Of a stretch of DNA of 64,000 nucleotides, positions 31,852 to 44,060 are shown in pieces. The DNA is from Neophaeotheca triangularis (Eukaryota), in contig BAAIJX010000008.1 of assembly GCA_054600435.1 (NCBI GenBank), positions 124,001 through 188,000 on the forward strand, given 5' to 3'. The position numbers and the translations under genes are program-made. Each line of letters starts with the position of its first letter. The first letter of the stretch is position 1. A model generated the notes under the pieces. It searched no databases, had not been told where the DNA came from, and was given only the letters and a program-made list of their open reading frames with translations.

Positions 31852-34800
31852 GATGGGGGTTTCGAAGCGCGGGGAGTGGGGTTCGGTAATCGGCCGGAGG
31901 TTTTGGCGGGGAGGGGGGAGTAGTTATTGTTTGTTGTTTGTTATTATTGCTGTTATTGTTATTGTTGTTATTATTGTCTGGAGTCGCTAGCCTAACAGAT
32001 GGTCTAGGGTAGGGAGGTTGCCGTTACTGAGTCCGGGTGGGAGGAGATTTTCGTCGGAGTTTTGTAGGGGTAGTCAGGGGGGAAGGAGAGAAGGGAGGTA
32101 GGAGGTAAATAGGTAAAATAGTCGGTATAAAGTAATCAATCGTATAAGTAGGTTATAGGGAACGAGGAAGCAGTTAGAGAGGCTTATTTCGCGCGAGAAG
32201 GGTGTTATAGAGTTGTTGATTTTCGCCGGGGTGGAGAATTAGTGAGTGCTTTAGTATGCGGGTTTGATTCTTATGTGTTTTTTTTTTTTTGTTTCAGGGG
32301 TTTTGTTTTCGCTGTCGTAGTGGTTAGTGTATGCTTTTTGCTATGGAGTCGCTTAAGGTGGTTGTTTGCAAAGACCAGGATACGTCGGCAGCACTCTTAC
32401 GGATGCTTTTGGCAAAAAGGCTACGATTGCATCTTACTGCAGGTTGGCTGCGGGCATCACGTCGCTTGGTCATGCGTTGCTAGGGATTGAGTTTGATTGT
32501 TGTCGGGACTTGGGGGTTCGTGGCGAGCTGCGAGGGTTTTGCGAAAGCGGTTGATGGAATGTGCGAGCAGACTGCTGGTTGCGAGCCAGGTTACTGGATG
32601 GGAAGAGAGAATGCGTGGGTATGGATGAGTATAGGTTGCTGCTACCTTTTCCGGTCGCAATAGGCTTCGATGCGATATGCTTGACGGTTTACGAGAGCCT
32701 GGTGTTGCGATCGAACGAGGGCTCAACAGCGTCGGGCGACCGGCCAATGTTGACGTTTCTTCTTTCGCAGCCGCGCGCAACCGAGTCCCTTCTATTCGCG
32801 ACACACCGAACCCGCGCCTACTTGGGGGATAGACGGTGGGGAAAGCAAATTGCCACAATCTAGTGCTCTCGGTATCCCGTCTGTACGCTGATAACGCAGC
32901 TACAAGACTTACCAGATTTCGGAGCGTCGAAAATCTTACAAGCGTGTCGGCGCAACTTCTGCCGTTTCTTGCTAATCCACGGGATGTGTCTGCGAAAGTC
33001 CTAGCTCCCAGGAAGACAGACCATAAGAGAATGCCCATCCCTAGTGTAACCGGGCAGCTTTGAAAAGGCCTCGCTCCTCAAGGGGTGAAAAGGAGATTTT
33101 CAAGTGAACGAGCTGCGGTCGTGCTGAGTTCACCTACCTATCGGGGACAGCTCCACTCAAAGTACTGCGGTTCCATCGGTACAGGCCGACTCGACAGCTG
33201 CAAGGTTCTCTGCCAATCGACGGCGCTACGGGTCTTGATAACACTTGCGAGCGCCGCAACCTCACCGCCTGTCACCGAGCCGCAAGTCCGCGATAGACAC
33301 ACAAGGTCTTGTGTATAAGCCCCTCGCCACCAATTTCCGGCGTCGCCAAAGCAAAGTCAGCGCGTAACCCCAGGAAGCAAAAACCATACCCATATGCAAG
33401 CATGTATAGTCACGACGCATAATGACCGCTTCCGCGCTCTACCAAGTCTCAAACAAGAGCAGACGGGTGCGAGAACAAAGGAGGTACAATAGGCTGGCGA
33501 AACCGGCACGGCGTCCGGGAAGGCAGCCGACTGCTTCGGGATGTCTACCATGGCATCTACACAGCGCGGGAAACTGGTTGTGGCCATGCATGGTGTCGAA
33601 GACCCCCGGGCCTGGTACCGAGGCAAACCTTTGACCCCAGACGCAGGAGACAGGTCCGAAATCAAGAAGGCATTTGCGCGGCAGAAAGCGTGGGAGTTAG
33701 GTTCTAGACTTCCAATCAGAAGAGCTCGCGGACGTAGGGCCGGTGGAGGGAGAAGGGGAATCCTTCTGATTGCGAGACGGTTGGTGTCGGCTTGGTGGGC
33801 GTTTGTTCCTCTGCATGGATTGCTCTGGCGATCAGACAGTCTGAATCGTCAATTTCCGATAGGGTGGGGGAGTGAGAGCTCACGACTGCGGCGCGGCATC
33901 TAAGACAACACTTTCACCGCTGTTGGCGGGATTTGCCGCGGATGGAAATGTTCCGTAAGGTTGCCGAGAAGGGCAGGGCAGCAATTTGGCAGCAGTCTGC
34001 AGATGGGCTGAAGAGTTGTGAAGACGGCATGACATATTCAACGTCCTTTTGTGTTGCAGATGATGGTCAAGAGCTGTGGTGTCCACGCCTCGCGAGATTG
34101 GCTGTGTTTGATGTCTCGATGGATGCCGGCATGAGCAGAGTCGCATCGTTCGATGGAGTGCATTCTCGGCCCTGAACGTACGTGTATGTGTGTGTGTGTG
34201 TGTGTGAATGGGAAACGCGTCAGGACTCGTCTGCACTCCGTCGCTGGAGAGGAGCAGGGGAGGCGAGGTTGGTAGTGACGAAGGATCGGGCCATTCGGCG
34301 CAAATGCCCGCTTCCTGAAGATCGATCGGCATGGATGCGTCAGAGCGTGCTACAGCCTAAGGTACCCCCGGACAGGACAGGGCAGGCCAGGTACGGCGTT
34401 GTGACATCAGTTGTTGAAGCCGGGCATGATTCCAGTAAGGTAGTGGTGTGTGATACAGTAGCAAGGTATTCTGAGCCCAAGTGTTCTTCTTCATCGTCTG
34501 CAGTTACAGTATGTAGCGATAGCGAGCCGGGATACCACCTAGCTATACCTTGTAACCAGGGCTAGCACGTGGCTGCGGCGTCTTTGATTGCTGAGTGAGT
34601 ACAGGTCTCCTCCCTGCGTCTGCCTGCTCGATCTTCATGAGCTGTAAGGGTGAGCAGGGTTACCTGGACGGAGGGTTGGGTTAGTTGGCAATCTTGATGT
34701 TTGACGGCTCGGTTGCGAAAGAACTGCAGTCTGCAGTCTGCAGAGCGGGGGGCAAGAGGGAAACTTGGAGGAGGCGTTTTCGTTGGACCAACCAACCTGG

Positions 34801-34994
34801 ACTTGTTGTTTGATGAGGAGAGAGTGGGCGCGCCGACTTGGGGCTCCGTATGGCTGTTCTGTCTGTCTGTCTGTCTGTCTGTCTGTCGATGTGAGAGCGA
34901 GACTATTGAAGTCCATACCTACTCGCCATACTCTAGCCTGATGCTTCCAAATCACGACTCGCAATACTACCTAATAACACAGAGGATGATTAAC

Positions 34995-35027
<33 letters not shown>
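34995..35027 (+). repeat. (GAT)11 microsatellite
   Basis: Seen directly. Confidence 0.95.
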
Positions 35028-35028
<1 letters not shown>

Positions 35029-38000
35029 CCGCACTTACTACGCGACTTGTGCCGCATGATGGTCGTGGGACGTTGGACTTGCGGAATCGAACGAATCGGC
35101 GGGGAGCCCGTTGGAGATTCCTGCTGGTATAGATTAGTAGTATCTCAGGTAGTGATGCACGACCTTGCGCGAGTCGAGCGTCGACGATCTCTCCCTCACT
35201 CTCTGGTCGAGATGGGGGAGTTGTACCGTGGGATGAAGATGTCACAAGCGTGACGAACAGTCGGACACGTGGGTGAGAGTCTGGTACGTATAGTATGTAC
35301 TGTGTATATCTCTAGGGCATGTCAATGTCAACCTTGGATCCTAGGTACCTCTTACCACTAGCCAGCATTCATTCATCCATCAATAATATTATTGATACTA
35401 CTGACGGCGTCGGCAACGTTGCCCTGCTCAGAATCGCTTCCAAGCTTGTTTCTTTATTCGTCATGATTCTGCGAGTCGACGGGAAGTTTGGAACGACGCC
35501 AACGAGATAAGGCAAACTGGCCGTCTCTGTACGACGGGACACCAGCGAGCGGAGCCAAATCCGCCCTGTGTGACATGTACATTGTTAAGTTACAGACTGA
35601 AAGCGTGCCTTGCATGCCACAGGAGGTTCGCCCGAGTCCGTCATGCGCGCATCTCATCAATTAATTAATTGAATTACAAGTAGACGGGAGATTGCATATG
35701 GGCCGCACTATTGATGAGTAACTGTCTGATTGTTGGCACTGCTCTTCCCAGCCCTCTCAACATGGGCGACAAACACCCAAACCATACTACTACTACTACT
35801 ACTACTGAAGCAAAACAAATCGAGCACGCCGTTTACGTCCGCGCTGTGCCAAGTCGGATATGCTGCATAAATGTCAAGGGTGAGGATAAATCCGGTGCAC
35901 GCCGAAGCCGGACTTTTACTGCTACAGTAGTTCAAGCCCGATAGCGTTGTATGTCAAGTTAGGAGTAGTGGCGCCCGAAATCTAACAACCCATCTCCTTG
36001 CTCTAGACAGACAGTAGGCTGAGAAACAGTTGGTCCGTCGACGCATCTTTTAAGTAGTACGAGACAAGGGCGTGCGCGACAGCAGCCGGGTAGTAGTAGT
36101 AACAGTACTCGACCCAGACAAGCTCCTTATGCGATTGTGCAGAACCTTGTTAGATGTCGTAAGATGATATGCTGCGGGACACTGGAGAGCTATCGCGACA
36201 TAGAGAACCGTGACGCCTTCTGACGCATTTACATGGAGCTGGCTATCTGGGGATGGATTTGGAGGGAACCAAACACTCGTTCGAGTCGTTCCCGCGCTCA
36301 AAATCGCTCAACTGTGGCTGACGGTGCAGGCAATGGGAAGACTTACCGGGCGTTGCCGGGGCTTCTCGGTGAGCAGAATAATGCCCTATAGAAAGACCAT
36401 TGCTACTTTCCATGCCATCGGGAAACGATAGTGTAGGTGTTCGTGGATCTGGATCGCGCAGTTCGCCGGCACTGGATGGGTGGCAGCATATCCGACTTGG
36501 GTAATGACTCGGCGAGCGTCAGTACTTGTGAACGCTCATGTCGGTATTGTCGACCGTGGTAGTGCATATTTTCTCAACGAGGTTCCCCTTGCTGTTCCTC
36601 TTCAATTTCGAAGTCGACGAAAGGCACAAAAGGAACGGCGGGAGGCGGCATGATGGGCACCGATGATGGTCGAACTCGAGTCAAACGAACTGGGTTTCCG
36701 TACCTGTGCCACGTACATTCTTGCTTGGCCAACCTGGCTACGCCATCGGCCTGGCCTTACGCCTCCCTCCCTCCCTCCCTTCCCTCACTCGTCTTTTCTC
36801 CAATGGTTTGGTCCTCTCGGGAGGCGGGGAGCAGCCACTGCAGAGACGCGGGTTTGCAAGGCTCACGGGATGGGGTAGGGAGACATGACTCTGACGTCGA
36901 TTTGACAAGAAGTCAACGGCCGTGCAGGGCCGATCATCTAGGAAATGTCATCTTGATAGGTCCCGGAGGATGAGCTATCGTTCCACTGGAAAACCAATTT
37001 CTCCAAGACCGTCACGTGAAGCATCTCACCAAGGGAAGGATCTGAGTGACACTTGTAGGGAAGTAAATTCAACTATGCTTGAGATGGTGACCGTGACGAA
37101 GCAGAGTTTTCTTCTTCTCTTCTTCTTCTTCCTGGCTCCATTTGGCCCTACCCACGGCATCTCCAGGGGTATAAAATTTTCATGCCCGCCGTTGTCGACA
37201 GCTGGAAGCTTAAGATTGGCAACAAGTGTGGCGGTGCTTTGGTTGAAGATTGAGTGTTCGCATGCGATCCTCGTGGCGTGGCGTGACACGCAGAAGTAAG
37301 GTAGGTTTGAAGAAAGAGAGGTAAGGTACGGTACTGCGCGGAGGGCTGGGTTGTTCGGCTACAGGCGAGTCGGGAGTCGGGAGCGAAGGAACAAGGTTGT
37401 TACTAACAACATAGCAGTAGTAGTAGTAGCACTACTATTCTATTAGTATGTAGCTTATTGGTACTAGACTATACCTGTAGCGTTGTTAGCTCGAGTGCTA
37501 GAGGGCGATAGTGCGGACGACCAACGCAGCCGCTGTCACTGTAGGTTTGGTTGTCGGGTCGGATTAAGCGTCAATGGAACCAGACAATAAATAAATGAAG
37601 GAATAAATAGGTACCTGGGCGTTTTGAACTCCTGGATAGGCCGTTTCGCTGCCTTTGAGAGCTGGTCGACGACTGGAGTTACCTTGTTGACGGGCCCCAA
37701 TACGACTGCTCCTCTTCACCAATCAGGCGTCGGAGCGAGCCTGTGCGTGAAGAGAAAGTCGCCATCCCCACCGTTCCCGTCTGCGTGCGTGCAGAGCTAG
37801 AAAGTGTCGAGAAAGATGCAAGAAGAAAGGTTGCGCGCTCCATTATTATTATTATTATTATCGCTGTCGCTGCTCGTCCCCACAACAAGCAGCACGCCCG
37901 GGTGATCAGCATCGCTGTTGATTGTTGATAGTTCATGTAGCACAGTCGTCCTGACAAGCTTGGCTGTTGAACACGCCCCCTTCGTAACGTGCGAAACGTC

Positions 38001-38543
38001 GCATGAATGTCAAGGTCTAAAGTAAATTGACCAGAAATACCACTTCCACCGCCATGCCATGCCATTCCGGGGCTGGCCAGAAAAAATCCCATGTCGTCGA
38101 AACTTCGGACAACTCCACCCTCGTGCATGCTCGACTTTGCATTGGTCTTTCGGGATAGATTTGACTACAGTAGTAAGTAGTATTAGTAGTGGTGGTGGTG
38201 TTCGCTGCCCACCCGTCGACACTAGCACCTTACTAGTCGCCTACACGTTTTCACGGCTTTGCCGGATCGTCAACCTTTGCGTAGTGGTTGGGGGAGAGCG
38301 GTTCGCCGACGGGAAGCCAGTAGTAGCCACCTACTAGCACGCACGGTAAGGTACCCAGGGCTGCGGAGAGAGAGGGTCAACGGTCTCGAAGAACGTGCAG
38401 GGGTACCGGATGACCTGCGCCTATCACTCCATCATGGAAGTGGAAGCTTCCCGCATGCTTGCTTGCTTGCGTCAAAGGGCATGGACTGGGCATGGACCGC
38501 ACAAACCGCAGTCACAGTGGTTCGACGGCCCAAGGTAGCAAGT

Positions 38544-38544
<1 letters not shown>

Positions 38545-38588
<44 letters not shown>

Positions 38589-38604
38589 CTACTACTACTA
38601 CTAC
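38545..38604 (+). repeat. (ACT/TAC)n microsatellite, ~20 units, imperfect
   Basis: Seen directly. Confidence 0.95.
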
Positions 38605-39159
38605 TCGTTGACTCGTGCTAGCTGCCCTGTCCATCGGAGCCAGTCCGTCGTCACTGCGAGCTTTTAGAGTTGCATACCCTGGCATGTCCGCCGCTGCAGG
38701 CAGGCCTCCCAAGTACCAAGGTGGGTGTGCCCTTCGCTACTACGATGTGCTGCGTTAGCGGCCCCTGCGGTCTTCATCGTCGTTTCCTGTCTACTCTCCC
38801 CTCTACCCTACCTTGCCCTCGTCCCACCCGCACTGACCGACGGCCGAGTTTGGTAGATCGTACATTATTGTACATACATATGTAAATGCCAAACTATACC
38901 CTCGCCCCACGCTCCCTGAATCCGTTCTCTGCTCTAGCGCGCATGCCAGCCTACCTATAATCCCGGCATAGATCTCTATCAAAGGATCCGCTTTCATCGA
39001 AAACGTCCATCGATCTGTCTCGACGCACTCTCTTTCTCTTTCTACTAACCCAAACCCCCCCTTCACGCTGGGCACTGAGACTTTGACACATCAAACCGTT
39101 GGACACATCAAACCTTTCGACACATCGAATCGTTCGACACATCAGATCCCTCCGACGCA

Positions 39160-40105
39160 ATGGCCTTGATGATGAGCTCTCCACCACAACACACCAGTCC
39201 AAGGGACGACCGGATGTCGATAGGCAGACTCCTGGTCGACGACAACGAAATCACACATCAAACCCCAAGTCGACCGCCGTACAGCCGCAAAAACACCTAC
39301 TTCAGCTCCGACACATCACCAACAAGCTACGTTACTCCACGAACATCATCGATCCGCTTCGACAACAGCGCCCAGAGCTCCTGCCCACGCACCGCTCCCT
39401 GGTGGAGCGCGGCCGCCGCACCGCCTTCAGAACCCTGCTCGTCGCGCTCAAACTCCTTCAGCCGTCACGACAGCGTGCACTATGGCTCCGTCTCATCCAA
39501 AACTTACCTCAACCGCCACGACAGCGTGCACCACTACGGACCCGTCTCGCCAACAGCATCGATCGAAAGCGAAGAATCGCGCTGCCACCAGATCAACCCC
39601 CACCCCCACCACCACCACCACCAGCACAACCACAGCAACAACAACAACAGCAGCAGCAGCAGCAGCATCAACAGCCGGAAAATGCCCCGGCCCCCTCGCC
39701 CCTCGTACAACGAGGAGCAGCGCTTCTGCATCATGTACCTTCGCATCGTACGCGACAAGTCCTGGCCCGAGATCGAAGACAAGTTCGCCGAGCTCTTCAA
39801 CACGCGCAGCAAAGGCGGCCTCACCTCGGTCTACTACCGCATCCGCAAAAGCTGGGGGCTCAAGGACGTTTTGCGAAGGTGAGTTTTTTTTTTTTTTTTC
39901 CCTCTTCGACTCAGTCTGCATCCATCGTTGTCGTTTTTAGACATGATGGGGGGTTTTTTTCTATTCGTTATATACTGACTCTTCCAGCAGTGGACCGGAC
40001 AAATTCGACAGCGATCGCAGAGTCGTGATACGTCGGGCGACCAACTTCTCTCACGATTTCCTCGCCGCGCTGGGTTACTTTGATCTACCCTCCTGGTCGC
40101 GATGA
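39160..40105 (+). CDS. Putative transcriptional regulator with Myb/HTH-like domain; exons 39160-39878, 39991-40105
   Basis: RPSYNEEQRFCIMYLRIVRDKSWPEIEDKFAELFNTRSKGGLTSVYYRIRKSWG three-helix motif; His/Asn/Ser tracts; intron GTGAGT...CTGAC...CAGCAG keeps the frame. Confidence 0.75.
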
Positions 40106-40674
40106 GGGAGTTTTTTCTTTCCCCCCATCGACTGTAATGTTTATTGAAATTTTGTGCTTGCGGGGGCAGAAAGGGGCGGGGGACGTGAGGGGGCCAAAAA
40201 AGTTTGTACAGATTGGCTTCTGGCAAACTCTCACTCGGGGTGGCGTTTTTCGGGTTTGCTTGTTCGGGGGAGTTCGCAGTTGGGAGTTTTTCAACCAGGC
40301 GAGGTTTTGTAACACCATCCCAAGGGATCAGGTTTCGGTGAATTGGGGGGGTTGAGAGGTCAAACGAAATACGATACGCTGGGATAGCCAAGCATGCAAA
40401 AGGTTCTTTTCAAGAAGGTTTTTTTTCTTCTTCCCCTATGTATCTAGATACCAAAGGCGTTCGGAGCGGAAACCCGGCGGTTGTGTCCGAATAGGATACT
40501 CTTTTGTTTGGCTGGGGGAAAGAAAGAGGGGGCTATAGACGGAGGCTGATGAGCGATAGAAGGACAGCGTCCATTGGCCGCGTGGCAAGCAATAGTAGTC
40601 CGTGGTATAATTAGCATCTGCATGCTTTTCGTGAACTGCACTCACCCTTCTCATCGTACGCTAAGTTACGCAAA

Positions 40675-42033
40675 CTACTCATCGTCACTGTCGCTGTCCT
40701 TGGTGTTGCCATTGGGAGCTCTCTTCCAGGGACGGCTAGCCCACTGGTCCGCCTCATCATCGTCGTCGTCGCTCCAAGTGGCGCGATCGTACTCTTCGTC
40801 ATCAGAGCCCCCCGCGCGATACTGGTAGGCGCCGCGATCGTACTCGTCGTCAGAAGCCAATTCATCGTCGGGATAGTCTGCGCCGTAGAAGTCCTCCGCA
40901 TTCTCATCCTCCTCCTCGCTGTTCCAGTCCTTGTCGCTCTTGTCGTCTTCCATGAACTCCTCCCAGTAGGGCTGATCCTCCGCCGTGATCAGGATGTAGC
41001 CGACGTCACCCAGCTCGCTTTGAACTCTCTCACGAGCAGCGGGGTCTTCGACTAGAAGGTACGTGTCATAGACATAGTCGCCATCAGAGTCAACGTCCAT
41101 GGCGGCGGCATCCTTCGCCTGCGCCTGTCTCTGCTGTTCGGCCTGAAGCCTTCTTCGCTCGTGGATCTCCCGGCTTCGCGCCGCGGAGAGCTTAGGCATG
41201 GTCATGCGCTTGGGTTTCTCTTCCTCACCCGATACCTCGAGAGCAAACTCATGGAGCTGGTTGGCCAGAGACTTCACCTGCGCATGATCCTCGCTTGCAG
41301 CAAGTTTGCCCGGGGGCCTGGGAATCGCCGAACCCTTTCCGGGGCGCTTGAAGACCGGAGCAGCCGATCCTTTTCCGGATTCGTGCTCTTCGGGTGAGGC
41401 CTGCTTTGGGGATTGGACGGCTTGGGGCGGCTGACTTTGCCCGATGTCTGGGCCAGAATAATCTTTTAAAGTTGTGCTGTGCAAGATTTCCTGATTGGAA
41501 AGTTGATTCACAGCTGAGTTTACTGGTTGATCTGTTTGGTTTTTGGTTGTTGGAACACAAGATGGATCTGTCTTTCGGACCCTCTTGACGCCTTCTTCGA
41601 CCAGAGTTGGCATTCTTCGCTTGCTTTCACCTGCAGCACCCTGCTGACGAGTCTCATCTTCGATCTCAAGCCTGAATACTGGACCTTTGCGCTTCTCTTC
41701 TGGGGCCTGGCCATTCTTCGTAGCGGCGGTTGCGTCAGGTGTGGGCTGTTTAGGAGCTTTGCCACTGGCTTTGCGTGCGCCTTGCGGTTCGATGATTTTG
41801 CGCTGATAGAAGAAGTTGGGCTGAGAGACTTCTTTTCGCTGGTAGTATTCACCGGCAAAGAAATTGTGGCCGTCGCCTTGAGATGTTTTCCCCTTTTTCG
41901 CTGCGTGCTCAACAGCCTCGTCCTCGCCGCTTAAGCCACGCTTAGTCGCTGCTTTGGTCACAAGGAGCCTCTCCGGCGCATGGCTGTCCTTGAGCCGCCT
42001 GACCCTCACTTCCGTAGGCCTGTAACCCGACAT
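40675..42033 (-). CDS. IWR1: Iwr1, RNA polymerase II nuclear import factor
   Basis: ATG 42033; basic N-terminus VRVRRLKDSHAPERLLV; C-terminal DYVYDTY...EEEDENAEDFYGADYPDDE Iwr1 signature. Confidence 0.88.
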   Translation of the reverse strand: MSGYRPTEVRVRRLKDSHAPERLLVTKAATKRGLSGEDEAVEHAAKKGKTSQGDGHNFFAGEYYQRKEVSQPNFFYQRKIIEPQGARKASGKAPKQPTPDATAATKNGQAPEEKRKGPVFRLEIEDETRQQGAAGESKRRMPTLVEEGVKRVRKTDPSCVPTTKNQTDQPVNSAVNQLSNQEILHSTTLKDYSGPDIGQSQPPQAVQSPKQASPEEHESGKGSAAPVFKRPGKGSAIPRPPGKLAASEDHAQVKSLANQLHEFALEVSGEEEKPKRMTMPKLSAARSREIHERRRLQAEQQRQAQAKDAAAMDVDSDGDYVYDTYLLVEDPAARERVQSELGDVGYILITAEDQPYWEEFMEDDKSDKDWNSEEEDENAEDFYGADYPDDELASDDEYDRGAYQYRAGGSDDEEYDRATWSDDDDDEADQWASRPWKRAPNGNTKDSDSDDE

Positions 42034-44060
42034 GTCGCCTGGCACGTTATCCGGTCGAGAATGGGTGGCAAGACGGCGAGCGCCAGTAACTCAAGGCACC
42101 ACTTACACACGGTCAAGCAACGGCGCGAGCTTGGCAGATCGTGACTCGTCGGCGATGCAAGCAAGAAATTGTGCTGCTCCGGCCCGGAATCTGTAGCTCG
42201 CTCGCTCGCTCGCTGCCCAACGTAGGAGGGGAGGTACCCTACTACTCTTACTAACTGAAGTTACTGAACTATCCACTTTAATCCACAGCGACTTATGCAC
42301 GCCGTGGTGACTCGCATAAGAGCTGGCCGAGCGAGTCCGACAAAGCTTTGCTTTTGCTGCAGCAGCAGATCCCGGATGCTCCTTTCCGCGGAATCGGATT
42401 CTGCAGGCTTGCAATAACTCAGTGCTAGTGGAGGCGGTGGAGAGTGGTTTGGCCGTGGTACTGGTACCTAGAGTACCGTGTGCGAAGGGTTTGTGTAGAT
42501 GCTCGGTCGTCGTGTCGCTTGCGGGTGTTGTGTGAAGTTTAGCATGAAAGTAGTAGTAACACAATAACGTCGAGCGGACGGATACCTGGTAAGTTTAGGT
42601 AGGTGTCGGGTAGTGGTAGTGGTAGTGGGTTGACGAGTTGCAAGTGGTGGTGGTGCTGTGGCTGGTGCATGGATGGCTTCGGATTCGGACTTGACCCGTC
42701 AACCGTGGAGAGTTTGTTAACCCCCAAGGTTCGCATTCGCTGCGCATTCGCTTCGCATTAGCCCTTCACCTCTACGCCTCGTCGCTCTGTACTATCACAT
42801 ATACCCAAGTTACCTTATTACCTAGTAGCTCCGTGCCTACGGCTGCACTGTAGCTCAAGCGTCAGATCTATAGTTGTTCGGCTCTGCTGCCCGTAAAGTG
42901 CTTGCATCTGAGCGCGTCCGGCATGGACCGTGCAGCCCTATAACATAGCTACAGCACGCGATGGTAGTCGTTGTAGTGGCATTGCGGCCGAAGAAGTGAC
43001 ATGATTGTTGTTGAACGACGTGCAAAAAGGCAATGCGCCGAACGCTGATGCTCGTATTATCCGACCACGGCTACTGTGGTATTGGACGACGATCTTATCC
43101 GACTGTAGGAGTATAGGTAGCAAGCACCCTCCTCCCACCCGTCCATCGCTCGAGGCATGGCCTCCTCCGAAGACTCTCCTCGTCTTGATCGAGAAACGTC
43201 CGGAGAGCCTCGAAAGGCCTCTTGATCCTAGAAATACTACCCCTAGCGGTCGAGCCATCAAACCAACCCTCCCTCCCTGGTGCCCGCACACACTCCGCCA
43301 ATCAAGGCTATAGGTGAACATTCCAATAGCGCTGCCTTGTTCCCGCCACAGCTTTGATCTACGCTTGACCTCTAGCGCTGGGTTCCCTGGCGAGAATCGT
43401 TCGTATTGGGCCTGCGAACTACGACGCCAACGCCAGCCATCACCGGCCTTGCCCGAGACCGCGTGCCGCACAACAACCGAGTGATGAGAGCATTTTGACC
43501 CTCCAGCAAAGGTTCTCCGATCATCATGAATCGCTGTCTGACTGACAGGGTGTGCCGCGCAAGAAAGCGAGTGCTGAGAGCATTTCGGCCCTCCTGCGAT
43601 GGTCCTCCAATCTTGATGGACCGCTTCTAGACCGAGAGAGCGTGCGTCACGAACACCAAGCATCGGGAGCTTCGCTAACGCCGCCAATCTCAACGGTGCC
43701 AGACGTCTGCCTCGTAACAAACAATAATCTCTTCCTGGTGAATTCCTTTTGCTGCGTGTTTCAGCAATCAGTCCTATTGCGCTCCCACCTTGACACAGCT
43801 GGTGACCAGATGTCGCTCGAAGTCTGAAGGGGAGGGTAATGCTGCTGCGCCCTGCAATCAACGGCCGACGCCCGAAGATTGTCGAATATTGTAGATGCTG
43901 GCGCTACAGTGTCTTTGATGGCCTTGATCGCGGAAGAGCTGCGCTGGAGGCTTTCGACCTTTCTTGTTCGGCCTGGCATGTATTTCGTTCTCAGTCCGAT
44001 CTAGGTGAGCAACCGACCACTCTGAAATGCACACAATAGTCCCATCGATTGTTCTCAAGT

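Noticed and set aside
32457..33038. 193-aa minus ORF and other short ORFs in 32200-39100
   Set aside because: No recognisable domain or splice structure; consistent with chance ORFs.
39099..40028. 309-aa polyP/polyQ ORF
   Set aside because: Non-ATG alternative frame over the regulator gene that reads through its intron.
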